Below the pieces are notes generated by a model. The model was not told where the DNA came from. It did no database searches and saw only the letters and a program-made list of their open reading frames with translations. Below are positions 11,355 to 20,630 of a DNA stretch of 52,218 nucleotides, piece after piece. Position 1 is the first letter of the stretch. Each line of letters opens with the position of its first letter. The position numbers and the translations under genes were made by a program. This DNA comes from an uncultured Spartobacteria bacterium (GTDB lineage: Bacteria; Verrucomicrobiota; Verrucomicrobiia; Chthoniobacterales; UBA6821), in contig CAIJRY010000142.1 in the NCBI GenBank assembly GCA_903823215.1, forward strand, positions 1 through 52,218, given 5' to 3'.

Positions 11355-11475
11355 TTCACGCACCGCTGCGTTGCTGATCGCTCGGCGTAGGACTACTACG
11401 CCATTCGCTCACGACCCCTTGCGGGGCACCGAAACTTCCTGCGCCCCTTCTACGGCTACGCTTGTTGGCCTTGCT
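11355..11475. repeat. structured intergenic repeat, copy A (related to the copy at 37805..37910)
   Basis: Shares colinear blocks with 37805..37910: TTCGCTC, CGACCC, CGAAACTTCC[T/G]GCGCC (11430-11445 vs 37869-37884) and CTTGTTGG. Contains the hairpin GGCGTAG-GACTA-CTACGCC and CCCCTTGCGGGG. Confidence 0.55.
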
Positions 11476-11588
11476 ATCCACATGAATGGCTGCACTCTGG
11501 GAGATGGTGAATGAAGCTGCTGTAGGGATAAATTTCCAATAATAGGCTTTTAGCTTTTCGTTTTTGCCTTTTAGCTTTTTCTTATCCG

Positions 11589-12491
11589 GTGCACGAATTT
11601 CTCCAGCAGCTGATCAATGGTTTTTCTCTGGGAGCCATCTATGCACTGATCGCACTTGGTTACAGCATGGTTTACGGACTTCTGAAGTTCATCAACTTCG
11701 CGCATGGTGATGTGCTGATGGTGGGGGCCTTTGCCGGATACTACGCGGCACCCCTTGCAACGAGGATTTTTCCCGATCCCTGGATGGTCACAGCTGCCGT
11801 TATCCTCGCGGCGATGATCGTCTGCGCCCTGCTTGGAGTGCTGATTGAGAGGCTTGCCTACCGACCACTAAGGAATCAGCCCAAGCTCGCCGTCCTTATT
11901 ACCTCAATCGGAGTTTCCCTTTTGCTCTCCTATGGAGGGCAGATTCTCTTCGGAGTGAATCAGAAAGCTTTTCCTGATCTCTTGCCGCCGATCCGATTTT
12001 CCCTGGGTGCCGGAGTCTCTATTTCTGGAAACCATCTGCTGGTGATGGCAGTAACGCTGGTGCTTCTGTTTGCCCTGCGGGAGATTGTCCTGCGCACCCG
12101 CTTTGGACTGGCTCTGCGGGCTCTGTCCCAAAATCGTGATGCAGCCGCCCTGATGGGGGTGAATAGCAATGTGGTGATCGCCATGACCTTTGCCCTTGGT
12201 TCGGCTCTTGCCGGAGCTGCAGGAGTGCTCTACGCGATGAATATCCATTCCATTGAACCGTTGATGGGAACTCTACCCGGCATCAAAGCATTTGTGGCTG
12301 CCGTGCTCGGGGGGATTGGAAGTTTGCCCGGTGCGGCTGTGGGTGGGGTGCTGCTCGGGTTGAGTGAATGCCTGCTCGGAGGATCTTTCCTCTCTTCCTA
12401 TCGAGATGCGATCGCCTTCGGCATCCTGATCATTATTCTTCTCCTGCGGCCATCAGGACTTTTTGGAAGTACTGCAACGGAAAAGGTTTAG
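11589..12491 (+). CDS. livH: branched-chain amino acid ABC transporter permease (LivH family)
   Basis: 300 aa, GTG start. The LINGFSLGAIYALIALGYSMVYG..KFINFAHGD N-terminus and multiple TM helices are typical of LivH. Confidence 0.85.
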   Translation: MHEFLQQLINGFSLGAIYALIALGYSMVYGLLKFINFAHGDVLMVGAFAGYYAAPLATRIFPDPWMVTAAVILAAMIVCALLGVLIERLAYRPLRNQPKLAVLITSIGVSLLLSYGGQILFGVNQKAFPDLLPPIRFSLGAGVSISGNHLLVMAVTLVLLFALREIVLRTRFGLALRALSQNRDAAALMGVNSNVVIAMTFALGSALAGAAGVLYAMNIHSIEPLMGTLPGIKAFVAAVLGGIGSLPGAAVGGVLLGLSECLLGGSFLSSYRDAIAFGILIIILLLRPSGLFGSTATEKV

Positions 12492-12584
12492 AGAAGCGTC
12501 ACTCTTGATGATTTTGATTGGGGGTTTGCCGCTTGACGGAGTCAGTCGAAAGTGCTTTTGACGAGTTGTTACCCCTTCCCCAAA

Positions 12585-13931
12585 ATGAACAATAATCCCT
12601 GCCTTGGTATTTGCTGCTCTGCGGCGCTTATTCTTTCGGGTTTTTCACAACTCATCGCTCAAAACTCCGAGAGTATCACACCTGCCGTGAAGCCCGCCCT
12701 TCAGTGGAAATATGGGTGGAAAGATGGAAGTCTGGCTAACACGATTGGCAGGTTTCGAGGAGGACATGCCCTTCCTGCGGCCAGCAGTTATACCTCCACT
12801 GGCTACATACCGTCGCAGATATCCCGTGCTTATGGTTTCGATCAGATTGCGACGAATGGTGATGGGAGAGGTCAGATTATAGCGATTATTGATGCCTACG
12901 GCAGCAGTAACATTCAGTCGGATCTGAATGCTTTCTGTGCTCAGTATGGGCTGCCCGTCGCCACGGTCAGCGTTGTCTATCCGTCAGGAAAACCTTCGGT
13001 ACAGGATGCGGGCTGGGCTGGAGAGTCCACGCTTGATGTGGAATGGGCTCATGCCATGGCTCCCGGGGCATCCATTGTGCTGGTGGTAGCACCCAATGCT
13101 GGCATCAGCAGTCTGATTGCATCGGTGAATTATGCGGTTTCCACGCTCAAGGCAAATGTTGTCTCCATGAGTTGGGGGGCTACCGAGTTCTTGGGGGAAC
13201 TCAACTACGATTCCTCATTCAATAAGTCTGGTGTTACCTTTGTGGCCTCCTCCGGTGATACGGGAGGAATTGTTGATTGGCCCGCCAGTTCTCCTTTTGT
13301 TCTCGGGGTTGGAGGCACAACACTGCTCTATAATTCAAGTTCCGGCCTCGTTTCATCGGAAGTGGCTTGGAGTGGCAGCGGGGGAGGAATGAGTCGTTTC
13401 GAAGCACTTCCCTCCTATCAGGCTGGATGGAATGTAAATCCTGGAAGAGGAATTCCTGATGTGGCCTACAATGCTGACCCTTATACTGGAGTGTCGGTTT
13501 TCTTCACAGATCCGACAAAGACCAACTCGGGTGGGTGGTATATCTTTGGCGGGACAAGTGCAGGTGCTCCCCAGTGGTCCGCACTGATTTCACGCCGTGC
13601 TAGTTTGGGCAATAATTCCAGCATTGCCGGATTTCAAACTCTTCTCTACGGAGCTGCTAAAACAAACTACGCATCCCTGCTCCGCGATATCATTTCAGGC
13701 AGCAATGGTTATCGAGCGGTGACGGGATTCGACCTTGTGACAGGACTCGGTTCTCCATTGGCCGCCAAGGTAGTACAGCTTCCAAGTGTCCTTCCGACTC
13801 CTACACCCACACCGAAGCCCTCCCCCACGCCAAGCCCGACCCCGACACCGAAGCCCTCTCCCACGCCTAGTCCCAAGCCAACACCAAGTCCGCGCCCAAC
13901 GCCGCCGCGCTTGTTTTGGTGGCAGAATTAA
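12585..13931 (+). CDS. secreted S53 (sedolisin/kumamolisin-like) serine peptidase with a Pro/Thr/Ser-rich C-terminal tail
   Basis: Signal peptide present. Blocks IAIIDAYG, GESTLDVEWAHAMAPGA (Glu/Asp of the S53 triad) and GGTSAGAPQWSAL (Ser nucleophile). The tail is PTPTPTPKPSPTPSPTPTPKPSPTPSPKPTPSPRPTPP. The start could be GTG 12552 or ATG 12585. Confidence 0.7.
   Translation: MNNNPCLGICCSAALILSGFSQLIAQNSESITPAVKPALQWKYGWKDGSLANTIGRFRGGHALPAASSYTSTGYIPSQISRAYGFDQIATNGDGRGQIIAIIDAYGSSNIQSDLNAFCAQYGLPVATVSVVYPSGKPSVQDAGWAGESTLDVEWAHAMAPGASIVLVVAPNAGISSLIASVNYAVSTLKANVVSMSWGATEFLGELNYDSSFNKSGVTFVASSGDTGGIVDWPASSPFVLGVGGTTLLYNSSSGLVSSEVAWSGSGGGMSRFEALPSYQAGWNVNPGRGIPDVAYNADPYTGVSVFFTDPTKTNSGGWYIFGGTSAGAPQWSALISRRASLGNNSSIAGFQTLLYGAAKTNYASLLRDIISGSNGYRAVTGFDLVTGLGSPLAAKVVQLPSVLPTPTPTPKPSPTPSPTPTPKPSPTPSPKPTPSPRPTPPRLFWWQN
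13795..13905 (+). repeat. tandem coding repeat (about 36-bp unit, two clear copies) encoding the PT-rich linker
   Basis: ACACCGAAGCCCTC[C/T]CCCACGCC recurs at 13809 and 13845, a 36-bp period, inside the peptidase 3' end. Confidence 0.7.
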
Positions 13932-13942
13932 TCTGGTTGTCT

Positions 13943-14644
13943 TTACAGCTTTCCCAAGATCTCCAGATAGTTTCTGGAGGTTGCTTCGTGACTGTTGCCG
14001 GGCAAGAAGCTTTCAATGCGCATCTGTTTTAGCATCCAAAATCCATCGATCTGCTGTCCTGAGATGACCTCGAAGCGCCGTAGGAGCAGGCCTTTCTTAT
14101 CATAACCCTCGATACGCAGGATAGCCCCGCTTTCCTTGTCTATCCAGACTCGGGCCAGTCCGTAGAGTGGTTCGCTCGCCGGAGCCTGAAGGTCGATTTT
14201 GCAGGAAGGGCGCGTTTTCACTGTTTCCTCGCCTTGAATCACCGGATGGGGCCAATAGAGAAATCCTAGGGAAAGATCCTGATAGGTGATTCCAGTTTGT
14301 CGAAGGAAATCGTGACGGTGGATCGGAGAGACAGGTTTCATCTTGCCATTGACCTCCTCGCTAAGCTGGGTTTCGGTAGGTGAGAGCGTGAGGTAGATGG
14401 TTTGACTGGGGTTTTCAAACTCGTAACGCACGATGTGATCCTTAAGACGGATGGTCATTGGGATGGAGGCGTTCTCTCCCCGGATCCGGGCCCGTAATGT
14501 TGCCGTGTGTGTTGTCGGATTCATCCTCGCGGACTGAAGGATTGTTTCTGCATCCTGCCCCAAGACTGAGAGTGGGGAGAATGCTCCTCCCAGCACCAGG
14601 AGGAGAGACATGATTGTTGGGAATCGGAAACTCATGGTGGACAC
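13943..14644 (-). CDS. LolA-like outer-membrane lipoprotein-sorting family protein (putative)
   Basis: 233 aa with a signal peptide, then an all-beta pattern (TLRARIRG...MTIRLKDHIVRYEF...ARVWIDKESGAILRIEGYDKKG.LLRRFEV) resembling the LolA-like/DUF-type lipoprotein-sorting fold. Confidence 0.45.
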   Translation of the reverse strand: MSTMSFRFPTIMSLLLVLGGAFSPLSVLGQDAETILQSARMNPTTHTATLRARIRGENASIPMTIRLKDHIVRYEFENPSQTIYLTLSPTETQLSEEVNGKMKPVSPIHRHDFLRQTGITYQDLSLGFLYWPHPVIQGEETVKTRPSCKIDLQAPASEPLYGLARVWIDKESGAILRIEGYDKKGLLLRRFEVISGQQIDGFWMLKQMRIESFLPGNSHEATSRNYLEILGKL

Positions 14645-14671
14645 ACTACGGGAGAGTGTTTCCCTAGTCCA

Positions 14672-15127
14672 ATGATGTGTTGTGCAATGGGCCTTCGTTT
14701 CAATGAGCGCTATCTTTCACAAAAGTCTCCGCTTATTGTTTTAGGAGTGAGTATTCAGAAAGAGCCCAGCCCGCACCAAGCCCTCCTTCTCTATGATGGG
14801 GAATGTACGTTTTGTTGTTGTTCGGCTGCCGTGCTGGCGAGGGTTGCAGAGGATGAGGTTCGCGTATTACCAGTGCAAGGTGGCTCTGGCATAAGGCATG
14901 GCATTTCTGCCGGCACGAGGCTGCGTGCAGTTACGCTCATTGAAGGTAATGGAAAGACATTCACAGGAGCTGCCGCGATTTTCCGCTTCATGAGTATCTA
15001 TGGGAGTCGTGTGGGAGAGCTTCTGTGGTGGCTTTACCGAAAGGTCGGGTTATTTAGATCGTTTGCAGAGTGGGGGTATCGGCTCATTGCACAGGTTCGA
15101 CACGTCTTTCCACACTCGGATAGATGA
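14672..15127 (+). CDS. DCC-family thiol-disulfide oxidoreductase (DUF393)
   Basis: LLLYDGECTFCC matches the YDGxCxxC signature of the DCC family. Size is appropriate. The exact start is uncertain. Confidence 0.6.
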   Translation: MMCCAMGLRFNERYLSQKSPLIVLGVSIQKEPSPHQALLLYDGECTFCCCSAAVLARVAEDEVRVLPVQGGSGIRHGISAGTRLRAVTLIEGNGKTFTGAAAIFRFMSIYGSRVGELLWWLYRKVGLFRSFAEWGYRLIAQVRHVFPHSDR

Positions 15128-15538
15128 ATAATAATGCAATTCTTTGTATAACGAATATCTTACAATGAATATCACTTCTCAAATTTGTTTCTTCAGTGTG
15201 ATAAAAACCGTTGTTCGGGATTAAATTTTTCCACCTGCCAGAAAAAGATGCATCGGGCTGGATTGTAATAAAAAACGGCCCTCAAATGGCTGGAAGGCTT
15301 GAGAAAGAGGCTCCGCAACGAAACATGGGAATATTGCGATCGGTTCACGCCAAAAAAACTGGGATGAAATCATAAAATCTTCTTGCAGATGGGCGTGCTT
15401 TCCCTACATTCCCACCTCCCGGCTTCTTCGGGAATTTCGCCAGCACCGCAGTGATGTGGTCTATCGTTCCGCTGAAAAGTGGTACAGGATGCAGCCGGAA
15501 ACCCAACGAAGAACAACGCCGGAACAAACCATTCTCAA

Positions 15539-15952
15539 ATGCCAACCATCAACCAACTCGTACGACAGGGTCGCCAAAAGGTAAGGGTGAAGTCCAAATC
15601 ACCCGCCCTTGTGAATTGTCCTCAGCGCCGCGGCGTCTGCGTTCAGGTGATGACTCGTACCCCCAAGAAGCCGAATTCGGCACTTCGTAAAGTAGCCAAG
15701 GTTCGCCTCACCAATGGGCAGGAAGTCATTGCCTATATCGGTGGTGAGGGCCACAACCTTCAGGAGCACTCGATCGTTCTGGTCAGGGGTGGGCGAGTGA
15801 AGGATCTTCCTGGTGTCCGGTATCATATCGTCCGTGGCACACTTGATGCGCTCGGAGTCGATGGTCGCCGCCGTGGTCGCTCGAAGTACGGAGCCAAGCG
15901 TCCTAAGCCGGGTGAAGAAGCAAAGGCAGCCGGTAAGGGTAAGAAAAAATAG
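15539..15952 (+). CDS. rpsL: 30S ribosomal protein S12
   Basis: [14 protein letters not shown]...[18 protein letters not shown]. The start is trimmed to ATG 15539. It carries a Lys/Ala-rich C-terminal extension. Confidence 0.96.
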   Translation: MPTINQLVRQGRQKVRVKSKSPALVNCPQRRGVCVQVMTRTPKKPNSALRKVAKVRLTNGQEVIAYIGGEGHNLQEHSIVLVRGGRVKDLPGVRYHIVRGTLDALGVDGRRRGRSKYGAKRPKPGEEAKAAGKGKKK

Positions 15953-15999
15953 TCCCACCGCGTAGAAACTCAAATTTAACAAACCAACCGTTCTTTTCC

Positions 16000-16473
16000 A
16001 TGTCCCGTCGCAAACGCGTTATTCAAAAAGAGGTCAAGCGCGACCTTCGCTACGCCAGCCCTCTGGTTGCCCGCCTCATCACCACGGTGATGCGTGGTGG
16101 CAAACGTTCGCTTGCAGAGCGCATTGTTTACAATGCGATCGAGAGTACTCGTGACGGTTCGGAAGCAGTTGATCCTCTGGATGTTCTGCAAAAAGCCATG
16201 GATAACGCCCGTCCACGTCTCGAGGTGAAGAGTCGCCGAGTTGGTGGTGCCACCTATCAGGTTCCCATGGAGGTTCCTGCTGATCGTCAATTGGCTCTCG
16301 CCATGCGCTGGATTGTTACTTTTGCAGGTAATCGCAAAAGTGTTCCGATGCACAAGGCGCTTGCCTCTGAACTCAAAGAGGCGGCAGCCGGACAAGGGGC
16401 TGCCATCAAGAAGCGTGATGATCTGCATAAAATGGCGCAGGCCAACCGCGCCTTTGCCCATTTCCGCTGGTAA
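16000..16473 (+). CDS. rpsG: 30S ribosomal protein S7
   Basis: MSRRKRVIQKEV...GGKRSLAERIVYNAIE...RVGGATYQVP...ANRAFAHFRW. Confidence 0.96.
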   Translation: MSRRKRVIQKEVKRDLRYASPLVARLITTVMRGGKRSLAERIVYNAIESTRDGSEAVDPLDVLQKAMDNARPRLEVKSRRVGGATYQVPMEVPADRQLALAMRWIVTFAGNRKSVPMHKALASELKEAAAGQGAAIKKRDDLHKMAQANRAFAHFRW

Positions 16474-16517
16474 TCAATTCTCCCATCGTTCTTTAACAAA
16501 TTGTTCTTTTTCATTCC

Positions 16518-18674
16518 ATGAGCGCCACGCCAGAAACCAAAAATCCGAACTCTCCGGATCGTGCCTTTCCGTTGGATCGCACGCGTAATATCGGTATTTG
16601 CGCTCACATTGACGCTGGCAAGACAACCTTGACCGAACGTGTTCTCTTCTACACGGGCATGATCCACAAGATCGGCGAAGTGCATGAAGGAGCGGCGACC
16701 ACCGACTGGATGGAGCAAGAAAAGGAGCGTGGTATCACAATCACCTCTGCTGCAACCACTTGCAGTTGGAAGCAGCTCCCGCAGGAAAATGTTGTGAAGC
16801 TTTTTGACGGAATCCAGCAGAGAATCAACATTATCGATACTCCAGGCCACGTCGATTTCACGGCTGAGGTGGAGCGTTCCCTCCGTGTTCTTGATGGAGC
16901 AATTGCCGTGTTCTGTGGTGTTGCCGGCGTGCAACCACAATCTGAAACTGTTTGGCGACAAGCCAACAAATACAATGTTCCCCGCATCGCCTTCGTCAAT
17001 AAGATGGATCGCACGGGTGCCAATTTTGATAACGCCGTTTCCGACATGCGTACGAAGCTCGGTGCTAACGCTTGGCCGATTCTGATTCCCATCGGTGCCG
17101 AAGATCATCTTCAGGGGCAAATTGATGTCGTGAACCAAAAGGCTGTCATCTATGCCGATGATGCCAGTATGGGCTCAAACTATACGGTGGAAGAAATCCC
17201 GGAAGAGTTAAAGGCCAAAGCGCAGGCTGCATACGAGGATCTCGTCAATCAGATGATGGATCTTGATGAAGAAGTAGGAATGCTCTTCTTGGAAGAAAAG
17301 CCGGTGACGCGTGAGATCCTTAAAAATGCAATCCGTCGCCAGACGATTACCAACCGATTTGTGCCGGTTGCTGGCGGTTCTGCTTTCAAGAATAAGGGCG
17401 TCCAGTATCTCCTTGATGCTGTTGTTGATTATCTTCCAAGCCCGATTGACATTCCTCCCGCCAAGGGAATGGACCCTGATAACGGGAATGACAAGTTCGC
17501 TGCAACCAGCGATTTTGAACCTTTCTGTTCACTTGCATTCAAACTTTGGAGCGATCCATTCGTAGGGAAGCTCGTTTTCTTCCGCGTCTATTCCGGAAAA
17601 CTCAGTAAGGGTGATACTGTGCTCAATCCTCGCACCGGTAAACGGGAACGCATCAGCCGTCTGATTCAGATCCAAGCTGACAAACGCGAAGATATCGATA
17701 CCTGTTACTCAGGTGACATCGCAGCAATCGTAGGCATTAGAAACATCACGACTGGCGATACGCTCTGTACCGAAGATGTGCCTATCGCTCTTGAGCCTCC
17801 TTCATTCCCTGATCCGGTGATCTCGATGTCCATCGAGCCTAAGACCAAGGTTGATCAGGAGAAAATGGGAAATGCTCTTCAACGCCTCTCCGAAGAAGAT
17901 CCCACTTTCCGCGTATTCACAGACGAGGAAACTGGACAGACCATCATCGCTGGAATGGGTGAACTGCATCTCGAAATTATCAGGGATCGCATGCTCCGTG
18001 AGTTCAAGGTTGAGGCTAACTCCGGTAAGCCCCAGATTGCTTACAAAGAGACCATTCTCAACCCTGCCGGTGGCGAAGGAAAACTTGTCAAGCAGTCCGG
18101 TGGTCGTGGTCAATACGGCCATGTCGTCATCAAACTTGCCCCGAATGAAAAGGGCAAGGGGGTCACTATCGAGAATAAAACAGTCGGCGGTTCTATTCCA
18201 AAGGATTTCATCCCTGCTGTCATCAAGGGCCTCAATGAGGCAGCTCTCAATGGAGTTGTTGGCGGCTATCCCGTCATTGATGTTCATGTAGAGATCGTGG
18301 ATGGCTCCTACCACGATGTGGATTCCAACGAAATGGCATTCAAAATGGCTGCCATCTTTGCCATGAAGGATGGTCTTAAGAATGCCAAATCCATTCTCCT
18401 TGAACCAATCATGAAGGTCGAAGCCGTGACACCTGAGGAATATCAGGGTGACATCATGGGCGATCTCAACCGCCGTCGCGGCAAGATCATGTCGATCGAA
18501 ACCAAGACCATCGTCACCAATGTCAACGCAGAGGTTCCCCTCTCCGAAATGTTCGGTTACGCCACTGCAATCCGCTCACTCTCCAAGGGCCGTGCATCCT
18601 ACTCCATGGAGCCCTCTCACTTCGAACAAGTCCCGGCTCAGGTATTGGCCGCGGTTCTCGATCAGAAAAACTAA
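16518..18674 (+). CDS. fusA: elongation factor G
   Basis: [23 protein letters not shown] and NKMDR G-motifs. 718 aa, following rpsL-rpsG. Confidence 0.96.
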   Translation: MSATPETKNPNSPDRAFPLDRTRNIGICAHIDAGKTTLTERVLFYTGMIHKIGEVHEGAATTDWMEQEKERGITITSAATTCSWKQLPQENVVKLFDGIQQRINIIDTPGHVDFTAEVERSLRVLDGAIAVFCGVAGVQPQSETVWRQANKYNVPRIAFVNKMDRTGANFDNAVSDMRTKLGANAWPILIPIGAEDHLQGQIDVVNQKAVIYADDASMGSNYTVEEIPEELKAKAQAAYEDLVNQMMDLDEEVGMLFLEEKPVTREILKNAIRRQTITNRFVPVAGGSAFKNKGVQYLLDAVVDYLPSPIDIPPAKGMDPDNGNDKFAATSDFEPFCSLAFKLWSDPFVGKLVFFRVYSGKLSKGDTVLNPRTGKRERISRLIQIQADKREDIDTCYSGDIAAIVGIRNITTGDTLCTEDVPIALEPPSFPDPVISMSIEPKTKVDQEKMGNALQRLSEEDPTFRVFTDEETGQTIIAGMGELHLEIIRDRMLREFKVEANSGKPQIAYKETILNPAGGEGKLVKQSGGRGQYGHVVIKLAPNEKGKGVTIENKTVGGSIPKDFIPAVIKGLNEAALNGVVGGYPVIDVHVEIVDGSYHDVDSNEMAFKMAAIFAMKDGLKNAKSILLEPIMKVEAVTPEEYQGDIMGDLNRRRGKIMSIETKTIVTNVNAEVPLSEMFGYATAIRSLSKGRASYSMEPSHFEQVPAQVLAAVLDQKN

Positions 18675-18686
18675 CCACTTACGACT

Positions 18687-18998
18687 ATGGCCGCTGGACA
18701 ACGCATCCGTATCCGCCTTAAAGGCTTCGATTTCCGACTTCTGGACATCTCTGCTCTCGAAATTGTCGAGACTGCAAAACGAACAGGATCCAAAGTAACG
18801 GGACCCATTCCACTCCCGACCCGCATCGAGAAATTCACTGTGAACCGTTCCCCGCATGTCGACAAAAAGTCGATGGATCAGTTTGAGATTCGCACGCACA
18901 AACGACTTCTCGACATTCTCGAACCCACTGCCAAGACCGTGGATGAGCTGCGCAAGCTCAATCTGCCTGCCGGCGTGGATATCACCATTAAGATCTGA
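18687..18998 (+). CDS. rpsJ: 30S ribosomal protein S10
   Basis: [15 protein letters not shown]...GPIPLPT...[22 protein letters not shown]. Confidence 0.96.
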   Translation: MAAGQRIRIRLKGFDFRLLDISALEIVETAKRTGSKVTGPIPLPTRIEKFTVNRSPHVDKKSMDQFEIRTHKRLLDILEPTAKTVDELRKLNLPAGVDITIKI

Positions 18999-19040
18999 CG
19001 ATCTGTTCACCACTAGGATTTTTATACTTTTACAAGCATT

Positions 19041-19688
19041 ATGAGCATCGGTGTTCTCGGAAAAAAAGTCGGCATGACCCGCGTTTATGACGCAAAGGGT
19101 CGCATCCGTCCTGTGACAGTTATCGAAGCAGGTGGCAATCGCGTTCTTCAGGTCAAGGGCAAGGAGAAAGAGGGATATTCATCCGTTCAAATCGGCTTTG
19201 GTGATCAGAAGGAGCATCGAATGAGCAAGCCTCAATTGGGGCACTTTGCCAAGAGCTCCTCCACTCCCAAGCGTTTCATCCGTGAGTTTCGTCTCAAGGA
19301 TGGCGAAGCAGCCCCCGAGTTGGGCGATTGGTCTGTCACAAATTTTCAGGATGGTCAGTTCGTGGATGTCATCTCGACTTCGAAAGGTAAGGGATTCCAG
19401 GGCGTTGTGCGCCGTTTTAAATTTGCCGGTCAGCCGGAGACTCACGGTTCCATGATGCACCGCCGGAATGGTGCAATCGGAAACCGCCTTACTCCCGGTC
19501 GTGTTTGGAAGAACATGGGTATGCCCGGTCACATGGGTGATGAGCGCATCACGATCCAGAATCTTGAGATTGTGCAAGTGCGTGAAGCCGACGGAGTGAT
19601 CCTTGTCAGCGGAGCAATCCCCGGCGCAAAGGGCACCTTTGTTGTCGTTCGTCCCTCCAAGAAAAAATCAGCAAAAGTTACCAAGTAA
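19041..19688 (+). CDS. rplC: 50S ribosomal protein L3
   Basis: GVLGKKVGMTRVYD...GKGFQGVVRRF.F.GQP.THGS..HR..G.IG pattern and operon position. Confidence 0.95.
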   Translation: MSIGVLGKKVGMTRVYDAKGRIRPVTVIEAGGNRVLQVKGKEKEGYSSVQIGFGDQKEHRMSKPQLGHFAKSSSTPKRFIREFRLKDGEAAPELGDWSVTNFQDGQFVDVISTSKGKGFQGVVRRFKFAGQPETHGSMMHRRNGAIGNRLTPGRVWKNMGMPGHMGDERITIQNLEIVQVREADGVILVSGAIPGAKGTFVVVRPSKKKSAKVTK

Positions 19689-19691
19689 CCC

Positions 19692-20306
19692 ATGAGCGCT
19701 ACCATTCTCACAGCCGATGTGGCCAAACAGGCCAAGATCGATATCATCACTGACGGAAAAGGAACCCAGGCGGTTCACGATGTGGTTGTCGCCATGCGAG
19801 CCAACCGTCGTAGTGGAACGGCTTCTGTAAAGACCAAGGCCACAGTGAATCTGTCCGGCAAAAAACCCTGGAAACAAAAGGGGACAGGCCGAGCGCGCGC
19901 CGGTTATGCCAGTTCTCCTGTGTGGGTAGGTGGTGGTGTCGTCCATGGACCTCACCCTCGCAGCTATGCCAAAACAACTCCCAAGGCCGTCAAGCGGCTT
20001 GCCTTTCGTAAGGCACTGAGCGCACGGGTTCTCTCCGGAGATGTCCTCATTGTGGATTCCTTCGAGTTGAAAGAGCCAAAAACCAAGCAGTTTATCTCAC
20101 TCGTTGAAAGTTTCCATGGTGGTGTTCGCCGCACGCTCATCGTGGCAACCAGTTTCACGGAACCTACTTTTCTTGCTGCTCGCAATGTCCAGAGCGATCT
20201 GCTCATCACGGCATCGGAAGTAAATACCGAGAATCTTCTCGCATTCGACAAAATCATCATCACCAAGGATGCCCTCGAGGCACTTGGCAACCGCCTACAA
20301 GGCTAA
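19692..20306 (+). CDS. rplD: 50S ribosomal protein L4
   Basis: GKKPWKQKGTGRARAG...SP.W.GGG..HGP pattern and operon position. Confidence 0.95.
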   Translation: MSATILTADVAKQAKIDIITDGKGTQAVHDVVVAMRANRRSGTASVKTKATVNLSGKKPWKQKGTGRARAGYASSPVWVGGGVVHGPHPRSYAKTTPKAVKRLAFRKALSARVLSGDVLIVDSFELKEPKTKQFISLVESFHGGVRRTLIVATSFTEPTFLAARNVQSDLLITASEVNTENLLAFDKIIITKDALEALGNRLQG

Positions 20307-20310
20307 AGGC

Positions 20311-20595
20311 ATGAAAGAAGCCCACGATATCATCCGCCGCGTGCTTGTGACAGAGAAGGCAAGCCTTCTCTCCGAAAAGTTCAACAAGTATGTTTTCCGT
20401 GTCTCAACGGACGCCAACAAGATTGAGATTAAGCATGCCATTGAGACGCTCTTCAAGAAGAAGGTCTCCCAGGTAAATACTCTTCAGGTTGATGGCAAAA
20501 AAAAGCGTGAACGGCGCGCCGACTACGGTCGCACTCCGCATTGGAAGAAGGCCATTGTCACCCTCGCTCCCGGGGAGAAGATTGATCTTGCCTAA
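20311..20595 (+). CDS. rplW: 50S ribosomal protein L23
   Basis: [12 protein letters not shown]...[21 protein letters not shown]. The start is trimmed to ATG 20311, directly after the rplD stop. Confidence 0.93.
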   Translation: MKEAHDIIRRVLVTEKASLLSEKFNKYVFRVSTDANKIEIKHAIETLFKKKVSQVNTLQVDGKKKRERRADYGRTPHWKKAIVTLAPGEKIDLA

Positions 20596-20630
20596 GGAAA
20601 AATAACGGAGCCCATACCTATCCTAAGACC

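Noticed and set aside
15383-15410. Candidate sigma-70 promoter for the str operon (TTGCAG, 16-nt spacer, TACATT)
   Set aside because: It is plausible, but such hexamers are easy to find in a 411-bp AT-rich spacer. Without transcription start site data it is not supportable as a feature.
16287-17138. 283-aa antisense ORF overlapping rpsG and fusA
   Set aside because: It lies antisense to genes with clear G-domain and S7 motifs and has no recognisable features. It looks like a typical GC-skewed shadow frame.
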